DNA of 64,000 nt from contig JAXHMY010000002.1 in the NCBI GenBank assembly GCA_034520965.1, positions 32,001-96,000 on the forward strand, read 5' to 3'. Below are positions 21,403-33,133 of this stretch, one piece after another (the stretch's first letter is position 1; every line of letters begins with the position of its first letter). The translations under genes were made by a program, and so were the position numbers. The notes under the pieces are model-generated. The model was not told the origin of the DNA. It saw only the letters and a list, made by a program, of their open reading frames with translations, and ran no database searches. This DNA is from Spirochaetia bacterium. GTDB taxonomy: Bacteria > Spirochaetota > Spirochaetia > DSM-16054 > Sediminispirochaetaceae.

Positions 21403-23292
21403 ATGATAGTAACAATGAAAAAGGTCTATCTGGTAGCCCAGGAATCTAAGCGTACCGAAACGCTTAAACGGCTGCGGGATATTGGAGTCCTTCACCTTGA
21501 AGAAATACAGGGACAGAGTGACGAGCTCGATGACCTGCAGAAAAAACGAAGCCTTCTGGAAAGAGCTCAGTTCATGCTTCCGACGGATATACCTGCAGAA
21601 GAATCTAAAGTTCAGACTGCAGACCAGGATTCTGATGGGCTGTCTAAAAAGACGGCGGACCATTACCTTTCTTCCAAGGATGTGGAAGAGGCCCTCGAGA
21701 TTGCCAAACGTGTAGAGCAGCAGCAGGAACAGAAAAGCAGTCACCGTGAGGCTATCGATAAATTAAATCGGGAGATGGAACGGGTGCAGCCCTTGGGCGA
21801 TTTTGATCCGCAGGATATAGATAAGTTGCGGGAAAAAGGGCTTAATCTACATTTGTTTATAGTTACCAAAGAAAAACGCAGCGAGTTCCCGGACAATATT
21901 ACCAAGTTCGAAGTCTATACCGAAAAATCAAGGTCAATTATTGCCGCATTAGTAGAGGATGATTCTAACCTGGCTGAAACATTTCCCGAGTTTGAATTGC
22001 CCCAGCTCTCCTCTACACAGATGGAGCAAGAACATACCCGGCATGAAAAAGAAATTGAGCAGATAGACAACGAAATGCTCAAGCTTGCCAAGTATCGATC
22101 GTTACTGACAAAAGCGCTGTTCCAAATTGATCAAGATATTGAATTTGAACAGGTAAGGTCCGGTCTGAACCAAGAAGATGAACTTAACTATTTAGGCGGG
22201 TTTGTACCGGAAAATAGAATAGAAAAACTGAATAAGGGTGCCGCTACTCATGGCTGGGCCCTTCTTATTCGGGATCCGGACCCTGAAGAGCCGATACCCA
22301 CCAAGGTAGAAAATCCAAAAACGGTAAAAATTGTAAAGCCCGTACTAGATTTTCTGGGAACGATTCCCGGATACTACGAATATGACATAAGTGCGTATCT
22401 TCTGTTCTTCCTTACCATATTCTTTGCCATGATAATTGGTGATGCCGGATACGGAACCATACTTTTGGGGACCACCCTGTACACCGTGGTAAAGAAAAAA
22501 CGAGCCGGAGAAGCGCTTTCAGAAACACAGAAGCTGATGCTGGTGTTTGGCAGTGCAACCGTAATATGGGGTGCTTTAAGCGGTGTGTGGTTTGGTTCTG
22601 TAACTATTTCACAGATTCCGTTCTTTGCCCGGCTCACCTACGAACCGATCTCCGGTTTCGGGGGAGATGCCAGCACGCAGACCATCCAGCATCTCTGTTT
22701 TGTGATCGGTACAATCCAGTTGAGTATCGCCCATGTGTGGAACTTTCTGTACCGTTGGAAAAGAAACGACCGCCTAAAGGCAATTGCCGAACTTGGCTGG
22801 CTGTCGATGGTATTGGGCCTCTATTATGTGGTCTTGTACCTGGTTTTAGATCCCGAGCAGTACCCGGTTCCACAGTTCAGCCTGTACATGATCTTTACCG
22901 GTCTTGCACTGGTGCTGTTACTGTCCGAGCAGGAGGGCAATTTTTTTAAGGGAATTTTTAAAGGGCTGGCGAACTTTATGCCGAAGGCCTTAGACTCAAT
23001 ATCAGCATTTTCTGATATTATAAGTTATATCCGCTTGTTTGCAGTTGGGCTTGCAACGGTAGAAATTGCAAAGAGTTTCAACTCAATGGCGGCTGATATG
23101 GGAAATACCGTGGTGGGCATAATCGGCGGAATAATTATTCTGCTTATCGGACACGGGCTCAATATGGCGATGGCGGCGTTATCGGTGGTAGTACATGGAG
23201 TGCGGCTCAACTTGCTCGAGTTCTCCGGCCACCTGGGTATGGAGTGGACAGGGATTCCGTATGATCCCTTTCGCAATAGACAAGAAAAGTAA
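21403..23292 (+). CDS. V-type ATP synthase subunit I
   Basis: Soluble N-terminal half; membrane half with GDAGYG, DIISYIRLFA and HGVRLNLLEF. Confidence 0.95.
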   Translation: MIVTMKKVYLVAQESKRTETLKRLRDIGVLHLEEIQGQSDELDDLQKKRSLLERAQFMLPTDIPAEESKVQTADQDSDGLSKKTADHYLSSKDVEEALEIAKRVEQQQEQKSSHREAIDKLNREMERVQPLGDFDPQDIDKLREKGLNLHLFIVTKEKRSEFPDNITKFEVYTEKSRSIIAALVEDDSNLAETFPEFELPQLSSTQMEQEHTRHEKEIEQIDNEMLKLAKYRSLLTKALFQIDQDIEFEQVRSGLNQEDELNYLGGFVPENRIEKLNKGAATHGWALLIRDPDPEEPIPTKVENPKTVKIVKPVLDFLGTIPGYYEYDISAYLLFFLTIFFAMIIGDAGYGTILLGTTLYTVVKKKRAGEALSETQKLMLVFGSATVIWGALSGVWFGSVTISQIPFFARLTYEPISGFGGDASTQTIQHLCFVIGTIQLSIAHVWNFLYRWKRNDRLKAIAELGWLSMVLGLYYVVLYLVLDPEQYPVPQFSLYMIFTGLALVLLLSEQEGNFFKGIFKGLANFMPKALDSISAFSDIISYIRLFAVGLATVEIAKSFNSMAADMGNTVVGIIGGIIILLIGHGLNMAMAALSVVVHGVRLNLLEFSGHLGMEWTGIPYDPFRNRQEK

Positions 23293-23318
23293 TAAACTAG
23301 GAAAGAAGGAGAAACATA

Positions 23319-23747
23319 ATGGATTTTGGACTGTTGGGAATTGGAGCGGCTCTAGCATTAGCCGCCTGTGGATCTGCTATTGGAGCTGGATCAGCCGGTA
23401 TGGCAGCTGTTGGTGCCTGGAAAAAGTGTTTTGCTCAAAATAAACCGGCACCGTTTACCTTGATCGCTTTTGTCGGTGCACCTCTTACACAGACAATTTA
23501 CGGTTATATTCTGATGAATACCCTGTATCAGGCTGCAGGTGACAACAGCCCCTGGCTTATCCTCGGAGCAGGTTTGTTTGGTGGTTTAGCGATGGGTTTT
23601 TCCGCCGCTTTTCAGGGCAAAGCCGGCGCCGCCGCATCGGATGCACTGGCCGAGACAGGGAAAGGATTTGGTAACTACATTATGGTACTTGGGCTGGTAG
23701 AAACAGTAGCCCTGTTTGTAATGGTATTTTTAATGGGCGTAGTATAG
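23319..23747 (+). CDS. V-type ATP synthase subunit K (4-TM proteolipid)
   Basis: Gly/Ala-rich helices with PLTQTIYG, FQGKAG and VETVALF. Confidence 0.95.
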   Translation: MDFGLLGIGAALALAACGSAIGAGSAGMAAVGAWKKCFAQNKPAPFTLIAFVGAPLTQTIYGYILMNTLYQAAGDNSPWLILGAGLFGGLAMGFSAAFQGKAGAAASDALAETGKGFGNYIMVLGLVETVALFVMVFLMGVV

Positions 23748-23811
23748 GCTGTTAATAAAGCTTGGAATAAATCGGTAAAGCATGCATAATCAAGAATAAA
23801 CAGGTTTTTTC

Positions 23812-23847
23812 AAGGCGAAGCACTCAAAAAGGGTGTTTCGCCTTTTT
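23812..23847 (+). terminator. Rho-independent terminator of the V-ATPase operon
   Basis: Hairpin AAGGCGAAGCACTC-AAAAA-GGGTGTTTCGCCTT followed by Ts. Confidence 0.8.
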
Positions 23848-23867
23848 AATTTTGGTATAGTAGTACC

Positions 23868-24905
23868 ATGAACGCACATAAGGTGATAATTGGCGATGTT
23901 CCGATAGGCGGAGGTACACCGGTAGCAGTGCAGACCATGTGGAAAGATCCGCTTACCCATAACCTGCAGCCTGTTGTTGACCAGCTGATACGGTTAAAAC
24001 AAGTAGGATGTGCCTTTGTTCGCTTCGCCGTACCGAATGAGGCTGCGGCTCATTTGTTAATAGAGCTCGCCCATAAAAGCCCTCTTCCTTTGGTTGCGGA
24101 TATTCATTACGATTATCGTCTTGCTTTGCAGTGTATCCAAGGGGGAATTGATAAGATTAGAATCAACCCAGGCAATATCGGTGCGCGATGGAAAGTAGAC
24201 GAGGTAATAAGGGCTGCCGCCGATACAATGATACCTATTCGGGTGGGTGTAAACAGCGGATCTCTACCGAAGAATCTAAGGCAAGAGACGGATATCCCGC
24301 GGGCGATGGTCACCGCTGCAGAAATAGAGATGGAAACCTTTCAGCAGCTTAACTACGAGAGTATTGTGTTTTCATTAAAAGCTTCCGACATTAATACTAC
24401 CGTGCATGCAAATGAACTGTTTGCCGAAAAATATCCATATCCACTTCACCTCGGTGTAACCGAGGCTGGTCCGCTTATTCCGGGAATCGTTAAGAGCAGT
24501 GTTGCCATGGTAAAGCTGTTGGAAAAGGGAATCGGAGATACCCTCAGAGTAAGCCTTTCGGATACTCCAATGAACGAGGTTATCACCGGCATAGAGATAT
24601 TAGGTGCCGCCGGTATGGGAATGAGCAGGCCGACCATCATTTCTTGTCCCCGATGCGGCCGAGCAAGCTTTGATACCCACAGTTTTGCAGAAAAACTGGC
24701 ACCGGTACTTTACGGTTTAGAAAAAAATATTACAGTTGCGATAATGGGCTGTGTGGTCAATGGCCCAGGCGAGGCACGTCACGCGGATCTCGGCATTACC
24801 GGTGCGGGAAAAGAGATTATACTTTTTAAGCATGGTGAAATACTGCGAAAAGTAAAAGAAGAGGAAGCCTTTGATACTTTTGTAGAGGAGTTGGAAAAGC
24901 TGTGA
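23868..24905 (+). CDS. ispG: 4-hydroxy-3-methylbut-2-enyl diphosphate synthase
   Basis: Motifs LVADIH, RINPGN, LHLGVTEAG, SCPRCGR and MGCVVNGPGE. Confidence 0.96.
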   Translation: MNAHKVIIGDVPIGGGTPVAVQTMWKDPLTHNLQPVVDQLIRLKQVGCAFVRFAVPNEAAAHLLIELAHKSPLPLVADIHYDYRLALQCIQGGIDKIRINPGNIGARWKVDEVIRAAADTMIPIRVGVNSGSLPKNLRQETDIPRAMVTAAEIEMETFQQLNYESIVFSLKASDINTTVHANELFAEKYPYPLHLGVTEAGPLIPGIVKSSVAMVKLLEKGIGDTLRVSLSDTPMNEVITGIEILGAAGMGMSRPTIISCPRCGRASFDTHSFAEKLAPVLYGLEKNITVAIMGCVVNGPGEARHADLGITGAGKEIILFKHGEILRKVKEEEAFDTFVEELEKL

Positions 24906-25864
24906 ACACACGACTGAAGTTGCTTGTAATCACCTGTGGTATAGCCGGTTTTATATTTTTTAATACCTCTTTTCTATTCAGCCAAAATAAGCCCCTTCCG
25001 CAATGGCTTAAGATGGAACAAGGTATTCAGAGTTACGATGAGGGGCAGCTGGGAACCGCTTTGTCCATTTTTAGAACAATTGCCGAAGATGACCCCCAAT
25101 ATGCAAATGTACATATGTGGATTGGCCATGTATTCGCCGCTGAGGGTGAGTACAAGGCTGCTATGGCCAAATATGAAGACGCCCTTTTCGATGAGCGCAA
25201 TTTTTTTCCCCAATCCGAACGCATAAATGCCTACTACAGTTTAGCTGAGGTTGCTCGAAGGCTTGAAGAATGGGAGCGCATGCATGGGTATCTTCAATCT
25301 ATTGTTGATGAAGCAATGACAGACCCTCTGCCGGCAGAACGAGTTGAGGCAATGCGGAGGAAATTTCTGAACGAAGGCCCGGATAAGCTGTTGGAGCTTT
25401 ACCGTATTAACGATAAACCGGTCCGCGCGGCCTATGAACAGCTTGGTATTCTAGCACTTCAACAGGGAAATTACCACAACGCACTACAGAATCTGCTCTT
25501 GTCTGTTACAACCTCCCTTTCTTTAGTTATAGAGGTTCTGCAGGAACGGGATCCTGAATATATATTTATACAATACGAGATGAACCCCGGACTTGAACGT
25601 TTTTTTACACGCAATACTGCTTCACTGCTGAAAGAATCCAGAGAGGTTCCGCATATAAAAGAGTACTTCAATTCGATCGGTTTATATCGTCAACTTTACT
25701 TATTAGGCATGGCAATGCTGGGAAGCGATGCAGAGGAAGCGGCGAAAGAAATTTGGACTCTCGTAGCGACACATTCCGAAGCAGGAAAATGGGCAAATCT
25801 TTCGCGGAACCAGTTAGGTTCCCCGAGTTTGGAAGTACTGCCCACAGTGCTCCACTACAGGTAA
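24902..25864 (+). CDS. Exported TPR-like protein
   Basis: Signal peptide followed by TPR-like helical repeats. Confidence 0.75.
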   Translation: MNTRLKLLVITCGIAGFIFFNTSFLFSQNKPLPQWLKMEQGIQSYDEGQLGTALSIFRTIAEDDPQYANVHMWIGHVFAAEGEYKAAMAKYEDALFDERNFFPQSERINAYYSLAEVARRLEEWERMHGYLQSIVDEAMTDPLPAERVEAMRRKFLNEGPDKLLELYRINDKPVRAAYEQLGILALQQGNYHNALQNLLLSVTTSLSLVIEVLQERDPEYIFIQYEMNPGLERFFTRNTASLLKESREVPHIKEYFNSIGLYRQLYLLGMAMLGSDAEEAAKEIWTLVATHSEAGKWANLSRNQLGSPSLEVLPTVLHYR

Positions 25865-25868
25865 TTCC

Positions 25869-28685
25869 ATGGATAAAATCATAATAAAGGGTGCTCGTCA
25901 GCATAATTTAAAAAATATTGATATAGAGTTACCGCGGGACGCGCTCATTGTTGTGTCGGGTATGAGCGGTTCAGGAAAGTCCTCTTTGGCCTTCGATACT
26001 ATCTATGCCGAGGGTCAGCGTCGCTATGTAGAGTCCCTGTCATCATATGCACGCCAGTTTCTTGGACGAATGGAAAAGCCGGATATCGATTATATCGAGG
26101 GCTTGTCGCCGGCCATTTCGATTGAACAAAAAACTACCCATCGTAATCCACGCTCTACGGTCGGTACGGTCACCGAGATATATGACTATTTTAGGTTGCT
26201 GTGGGCAAGGGTGGGGCACCCGCACTGCCCCGTGTGCGGTCGACCGATTCAAGAGCAATCGGTTGACCAAATACTCGACACAATTCTTACCTTTCCAACC
26301 GGAACAAAACTTATGATTTTGGCGCCCCTGGTGCGTGGAAAAAAAGGGGAACATCAGAAGATAATTGAAGATATCCAGAAGGCAGGGTTTGTCCGCGTTC
26401 GCATCGACGGCAAAATTTACTCTTTAGATGAAGAAATACATCTGGAAAAAAAACAGAAACATGATATAGACGTAGTGGTAGCACGGGTAAAAATAGACCC
26501 TGAGTCCCGCAAACGGATCGCCGAGGCGGTAGAGACTGCTCTGGAAGTGGCCGATGGTACTCTGGTTGCCGTTAGTAAAACCGACGAAGGAGAGGGGGAA
26601 CACTTTTTTTCTCAGAAGAATGCCTGTCCAATCTGCGGAATAAGCCTGCCCGAGCTGCAGCCCAGTCTGTTCTCATTTAACAATCCCAATGGTGCATGCG
26701 GAACCTGTTCCGGTATCGGCGATACCCTGGAGTTTGACCCCGACCTGGTGGTGCCGGATAAACACCTGTCTTTCAACCAGGGCGCCATTGCAACCGCTAA
26801 CCCCGAAGCTGCCTGGCACCGCAGCTGGTTTGAGTCTTTAGCCGAACATTATAATTTCAGTCTTGAGACTCCCTTTAATGAGCTGCCGGAAGAGATTTAC
26901 ACTATTCTTCTGCATGGAAGCGATGACGAGATCCACGTAAACTATGTCAGCGAACGTCGTCAGGGCCGCTTTGAATACAACTCAAAGTTTAACGGAGTAT
27001 TGAACGATCTTAAACGGCGCTACCTAGAAACGAAATCCGATGGAGTAAAAAACTGGCTGGAACAATTCATGAGCCAGAAAAAGTGTCCCACCTGCGGCGG
27101 GACACGGCTAAAACCGGAGGCTCTCTCGGTATATGTGGGCGGCTTGGATATTCACAGTGCAACTCTGATGGCAGTCGACACGGCCTACGATTTTTTTAGC
27201 AGCATTTCCCTGGATGAAACCGAGCAGAAAATTTCCACACAAATTATGAAGGAAATTCTCAGTCGGCTGGAATTTATGAAAAGTGTAGGCTTAGAATACC
27301 TTACACTGGAACGTAAGGCCGCCACCCTATCCGGAGGCGAGGCACAGCGGATACGACTTGCAACCCAGATCGGCTCCTCCCTGGTGGGTGTGTTGTATAT
27401 TCTGGATGAACCGACGATTGGTCTGCACCAGCGGGATAATGAGCGACTGATTGATACCTTGAAGCATCTGCGGGACCTCGGTAATACTTTGATTGTAGTA
27501 GAACATGACGAGATGACCCTGCGTACCGCCGATTATATTGTCGACCTTGGTCCAGGTGCAGGAATTCACGGAGGGCACATAATTGCACAGGGAAATCTTC
27601 AGGATATTCTTCAAAACGATGAGAGTTTAACCGGAAGATACCTGAACGGAAAAGAGACGATTAAAGGCCCCTCTACTCGCAGAACCGGCAAGGGGACTTC
27701 ACTTTTGTTAAGAGGTGCGCAAGAACATAACCTAAAAAACATTGAGGTAGAGTTCCCTCTGGGAAAGTTAATCGGCATTACCGGCGTATCAGGTTCCGGA
27801 AAATCGACGCTCATGAACGACTTACTCTATCCGGCCCTCTCTAACCGGGTAGGCAGAACCCACCTTACAGAAGGCAGTTATTCGAGTCTCGAGGGCGAAG
27901 AGCACGTTGATAAGATTATCAATATTGATCAGGCCCCTATCGGGAGGACACCCCGCTCCAATCCCGCAACTTATGTAGGAATGTTCACTCCAATAAGAGA
28001 GTTATTTGCAGCCCTTCCGGAAGCTAAAGCCCGCGGGTATAAACCCGGACGTTTCTCTTTTAATGTAGCCGGCGGTCGCTGTGAGCACTGTCATGGCGAT
28101 GGTACGATTAAAATCGAGATGCACTTTTTACCGGATGTATATGTGACCTGCGATGTGTGCAAGGGCAAACGGTTTAATCAGGAAACCCTTGATGTTCGTT
28201 ACAAGGGAAAAAACATACATGACATTTTAGAGATGGATGTGGAGGAAGCCCGGAGTTTCTTTACAAAGATTCCTGCGGTTAAACGCAGGCTTGATACTCT
28301 GCACGCGGTTGGACTAGATTACATAAAGTTGGGTCAATCGGCACTCACCCTCTCGGGGGGTGAGGCACAGCGGGTTAAGCTTAGTCTTGAGCTTTCGAAG
28401 CGCAGTACAGGAAAAACTCTTTATATACTTGATGAACCTACTACAGGCTTACATTTTGCCGATGTAAAAAAGCTTATGGAAGTACTGCATGCCCTGGTTG
28501 ATCGCGGCAACACGGTAATATTGATTGAACATAATCTCGATGTAATTAAACAGGCCGATCATGTGATTGATCTTGGCCCTGAGGGCGGTAAAAACGGTGG
28601 ACAAATTGTGGCAGCCGGAACGCCGGAAGAAATAGTGAGGGTAGAGCAGTCATATACGGGGCGTTTTTTACGGGATGTACTCTAA
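25869..28685 (+). CDS. uvrA: Excinuclease ABC subunit A
   Basis: Two ABC modules (GMSGSGKS and [16 protein letters not shown] twice) and CxxC Zn fingers. Confidence 0.98.
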   Translation: MDKIIIKGARQHNLKNIDIELPRDALIVVSGMSGSGKSSLAFDTIYAEGQRRYVESLSSYARQFLGRMEKPDIDYIEGLSPAISIEQKTTHRNPRSTVGTVTEIYDYFRLLWARVGHPHCPVCGRPIQEQSVDQILDTILTFPTGTKLMILAPLVRGKKGEHQKIIEDIQKAGFVRVRIDGKIYSLDEEIHLEKKQKHDIDVVVARVKIDPESRKRIAEAVETALEVADGTLVAVSKTDEGEGEHFFSQKNACPICGISLPELQPSLFSFNNPNGACGTCSGIGDTLEFDPDLVVPDKHLSFNQGAIATANPEAAWHRSWFESLAEHYNFSLETPFNELPEEIYTILLHGSDDEIHVNYVSERRQGRFEYNSKFNGVLNDLKRRYLETKSDGVKNWLEQFMSQKKCPTCGGTRLKPEALSVYVGGLDIHSATLMAVDTAYDFFSSISLDETEQKISTQIMKEILSRLEFMKSVGLEYLTLERKAATLSGGEAQRIRLATQIGSSLVGVLYILDEPTIGLHQRDNERLIDTLKHLRDLGNTLIVVEHDEMTLRTADYIVDLGPGAGIHGGHIIAQGNLQDILQNDESLTGRYLNGKETIKGPSTRRTGKGTSLLLRGAQEHNLKNIEVEFPLGKLIGITGVSGSGKSTLMNDLLYPALSNRVGRTHLTEGSYSSLEGEEHVDKIINIDQAPIGRTPRSNPATYVGMFTPIRELFAALPEAKARGYKPGRFSFNVAGGRCEHCHGDGTIKIEMHFLPDVYVTCDVCKGKRFNQETLDVRYKGKNIHDILEMDVEEARSFFTKIPAVKRRLDTLHAVGLDYIKLGQSALTLSGGEAQRVKLSLELSKRSTGKTLYILDEPTTGLHFADVKKLMEVLHALVDRGNTVILIEHNLDVIKQADHVIDLGPEGGKNGGQIVAAGTPEEIVRVEQSYTGRFLRDVL

Positions 28686-31600
28686 ACAGGTGAAAGTAAC
28701 ACTCAAAATAATACTCATATGTACAGTCCTGCTGACCGTGTGGAGCCTGCAGCTTTCTGCACAGACAGTTTCCGCCGAAACGGATACGGATGCGCACTCA
28801 CCGGAAGACCTAATTAAAGAGACAATCTACCTCGATATTACCACATCTAACTACTATGAACTTCAAGGATGGCTGCAGAATCTCGACCTTCAACAAAAAG
28901 GAAGTCGGCAGGATTTAGAGAATCGTCTATTGGAATATTACCGCACTTTGTTTAGCGAGGTACCTCGCACCAATTTCAAAGAACCCTCTTCCGATTCTTC
29001 GAAAACTGGTGTAAACAACATCCAAATAGAATCGGCACAGGAATTAAAGTACATACCTCAAGGGGAAGAACAAGCACTTATAGAGCTGGACGGCGGGGTT
29101 AGTTTGTACATGCGGGACACCGAAGGCAATACAAGCCATTCTGTTACCGCAAAAACTCTGCTTTTTAATCAGCAAAAGAACAGCATTACTGCGCAGGGCG
29201 GGGTCCTTTATAGGATGGAACAGGATGGATCCGACCAGGAATTTCAGGGCGAACAGATAAGCTTCAATATAGAGAATTACAGTGGTGTGTTTATCCGGGG
29301 GATGAGCAGTAGAGTAAGTGAAATCGAAGAAAATCAAATTAATTTCTATTTTAAAGGCGGTTCCATTTACCGTATAAAAAGAGATATTGTTCACCTAGAA
29401 AATGGAATCATCAGTTCAAGTCGTATCGAAAGCCCATATTACCACATTTCTGCCGGGAATGTGTGGATTCTCGGATTAAATGAATGGGCCCTGCAGAATG
29501 CCACTCTGTATGTGGGACATATACCGCTTCTATATGTCCCTTTTTATTACCGTCCCGGTGCCTCTTTTGTACTGCATCCATCAGTTGGGGTCAAAACAGT
29601 CGAAGGGTATTATTTCCAGACAACTACCTATTTTCTCGGCCGACAACCGGAGGAGTTGAGAAAACAATCATCCCTCTCATTTATGCAGGCATTGGATGAG
29701 GAAAAGCAGGAATACAATCAGGAACTGCGAGGTTTTTTTTTACATAGTACCCGCAAAAAGACAGAACCAAGTTGGGCTGAAAGCACCGGCTCTTTTGGAA
29801 AATTACAGGTTGACTATTATTCACGCTTGGGTATGCTCTCGGCCTTAAACTTTAAAGTGCGCAAGCTCGGATGGATAGATAAACTTGACTTACTGGCGGG
29901 AATCGGCCTCACCAACTATATTTATCCACTGTCTAATTACCCGGGCACCTACACAAGCTTTACGTTTGATCCAACCACCAAGCAATACAGCAGCGCTCCA
30001 CAAAACTCATATTTTTTTGGCACCGAATTACCCTTCCGTTTTAGTTTCGACCTGGAGCTTGAATATAAAAGAGATAGCTTTCGTACGAGCTTGAAAGCCC
30101 CCCTCTATACAGACCTTCAACTGCATGATCAGTTGCGAAACCGTGACGAAACTTTGGGATGGGCCAAATTACTTACCGGCGAAGAAATTCAGGAGACCAG
30201 CGACACATCCGAATTTACAAACCCGAAGTTTTACCAGCATACTACTTTCCGCTGGAGTTTAGCGGAAAAATCAAAATATATTGATAGTTTTAATATTAGC
30301 AAAATTGATTCACGTTTAACACTTTCCCAAAATAAGTTGGATGCTGACGAAGGCAGTCTTAATCAAATCGGTTACTGACTATCCGCAAACTTTCACTCCC
30401 TTAGACGTTGGTCTGAGTATACAGGGCACCTTGATTAGCGAAAAAGATAGAGCTGTGCAGGAGGAAAACGCCATAGACTCCCGTGCAGAGAAAGATCCAA
30501 GCCTTTCGGCTAAAGTAAGACCTCCATGGAAAATTCCTGATGAGGAGAAGCCCCGGGATCAGGATAGCTCGAAATATAAACTGCCCTCACAGAGCGGTTC
30601 AATTCCTCTTCCCAAGAAAAAAGTACTACCGATGTTTGCACATGACATGCATTATGCCCTGACCCCAGGTCTTTCTTACCATACCCAATACGACACATCT
30701 GTCGCAGCTCCCGAAGAGGTTAACTTTTCACCCCTTTATTCATATGTCTTTACCGATGGAATAGCGAACATTGCTTATGGGGTTGATCTGTTTAGAAATT
30801 CACTTCAATTTGATCAGACAACCAAATTTCGTGGCCGCTACCGGGATCATTACGCGGAAGAAGAGGGGTTTGATTTAGAAAGTCTCATTGAGCAGGATAA
30901 GTCACTAAGCTACTTTTCAGTGTTCAGTATCTCTGATGTAAAATATTTTTTTTGGCTGCAGCAGCCGGGCTTTTCAAAATCGTATACGAAGTATTCTATC
31001 GAAACCAAGTTATATCGTTACACTTATAATTCTGAGAACCGCAGGTTCGAACGAGCTCTGCCGGAATGGAATACCGAGAGTATACAAAACCACACTTCCG
31101 AAGTCCGGTTTGTATATGACGGCCTGTTCGGACAACAAGCCCTGTATACAATTTACAGAATGCCTCCGGACATGCAGCGAATTACCAGCGGAGTGAGCTT
31201 TGAATATAAGCTGCTGGAAGCCTCCGCTGAAGGGGAATACACGGAATTGCAGGATGAAACCTGGGAATTTGGTCCCCTTGCACTGGATAGTCGCCTTGTT
31301 TTCAACAAATCGAACAGCCTGAGCCAAAATTTCATTCTTTTACATCCCACTGCTGGACGCGAAAAGAGTATTTCTACCCTGGATCTGAACTTTTTTTCCA
31401 ATTCTCTGGGATTGTACGAACAATTTGAATGGAACTTAAGCGAAAACAGACCTGAAAAGAGCTTAAGTAAGGTCAAATTCTGGTGGTTAACCGGTGCTTT
31501 TGAAATGCGGCATACCGAAGGCTACAGCTTTTCTACTCCGGACGGATGGAAGGCGGATGCAGAAAAGAGCTTTCAGCCGTACCAGTTGTCCGCTCAACTG

Positions 31601-32110
31601 AAAGTGCCCGTCGAACCTGAACCGTTTTGGAAGGGTAGAATTAATTTGTCTTCAAGTCTTAGTTCCGCCCTGCAGTTGAACTTGCTACGGTATACCGACA
31701 GTATTCTCCAGTTTTCCTGGGACACAAAGCTTGGAATTGCTGAGTTTTTAGATCTAAAATTCAGTATAACCTCATCTAATAGCTCTATTTACAGGTACTT
31801 TCCCTCTTTTGTTGATGAACTTGGAGTGTCCAGGCTGAATGTGGGTGAGGACCTGCTAAAATCTTTTAACTTTTTTAACCCAGATGACCGTCGTGAATCT
31901 AATTTCAACCTGCATGACATATCCTTTTCCCTTGTCCACTATATGCACGATTGGCAGCTCAATATGGAGTACAAGGGAGGCCCCGAATTGAATTCGGAAT
32001 TGAATGAGGACAGGTACACATGGAGAAGCGAATTTAGTATATTCGTACAGTGGAATCCGATTCCAGAAATTAAAAAGCAGGTAGACGGCACCGATGAGGG
32101 CCTTCAATAA
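28675..32110 (+). CDS. LptD/OstA-like outer-membrane assembly protein, split by a frameshift near 30377
   Basis: Signal peptide; OstA-like region ([12 protein letters not shown]...[16 protein letters not shown]); beta-barrel-like C-terminal half. Removing one G from TAC-TGA-CTAT gives G-Y-Y-Y-P and joins ORFs 28675-30378 and 30341-32110. Confidence 0.7.
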
Positions 32111-32176
32111 AGCTGCTTTACAGTACTTGACGTAAGAAAGGGAGCATAGATACACTTTCCAAGGAGGAAATATTAC

Positions 32177-33133
32177 TTGAGTAACAGTTTTACCATTGTA
32201 CTTGATGATCAACATACATTAAAAGATATCTGTGGGGTACAGGATGAAAATCTGACGGCTTTAGAACAGGCCCTGGAAGCCCGGATATTCACCAGAGGAA
32301 ATGAGCTGATTTTAGATTCGGAAGATGCGGAAGTTCAAGCCGACTTTTCTGAAATAATTCGGCAGATTAAAGAGCACCAAAGTATAGGCCACACGCCGGA
32401 TCCTGAACTGGTTAGAACTATACATAAAACTGTTGCGGTAGAAAAAGAGGGAAAAGGCGACCTGTTAAAAGAACTCCATATTACTATACCGAGCAGTCCA
32501 AAAGTATTTCCCCGAAATATTCGCCAAGCTCAGTTTATAGAAGGAATGTCAAACTACGATATTTGCTTTGCAATAGGACCCGCCGGCACAGGAAAAACAT
32601 ATTTAGCGGTAGCCTATGCCCTGAAAGAGATTCTGGAGCGGAGAAAGAAAAAGCTTATTCTCACCCGGCCAGTTGTAGAGGCCGGTGAAAGTCTAGGTTT
32701 TCTTCCGGGGGATTTGACTCAGAAGATAAGCCCCTACTTACGGCCCTTGTATGATGCAATGGACGATCTGCTGCCCTTGCAAGTTATTAACAAACTCGAA
32801 GAGAGCCGCATTATCGAGATTGCTCCACTGGCATATATGCGAGGACGCAGTCTAAAAGATAGTTATATTGTATTGGACGAAGCTCAAAATACGACCAAAG
32901 AACAGATGAAAATGTTTCTTACCAGAATTGGCGAAGGCTCGAAGGCCATTATTACCGGAGATGTGACTCAAATCGACCTCCCCAAATCTCAGAATTCAGG
33001 TTTACTTCACGCGCAGAACGTACTACAGTCGGTGGAGGAGATCTTTTTCACCCATTTCAATTATCAAGATGTAGTGAGGAACCCTATCGTTAAAAAAATA
33101 GTACGAGCGTATGAAAATGAAAGTAAACGGTAA
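32177..33133 (+). CDS. phoH: PhoH family ATPase
   Basis: Motifs GPAGTGKT, RPVVEAGESLGFLPG, YMRGRS and DEAQN. Confidence 0.95.
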   Translation: MSNSFTIVLDDQHTLKDICGVQDENLTALEQALEARIFTRGNELILDSEDAEVQADFSEIIRQIKEHQSIGHTPDPELVRTIHKTVAVEKEGKGDLLKELHITIPSSPKVFPRNIRQAQFIEGMSNYDICFAIGPAGTGKTYLAVAYALKEILERRKKKLILTRPVVEAGESLGFLPGDLTQKISPYLRPLYDAMDDLLPLQVINKLEESRIIEIAPLAYMRGRSLKDSYIVLDEAQNTTKEQMKMFLTRIGEGSKAIITGDVTQIDLPKSQNSGLLHAQNVLQSVEEIFFTHFNYQDVVRNPIVKKIVRAYENESKR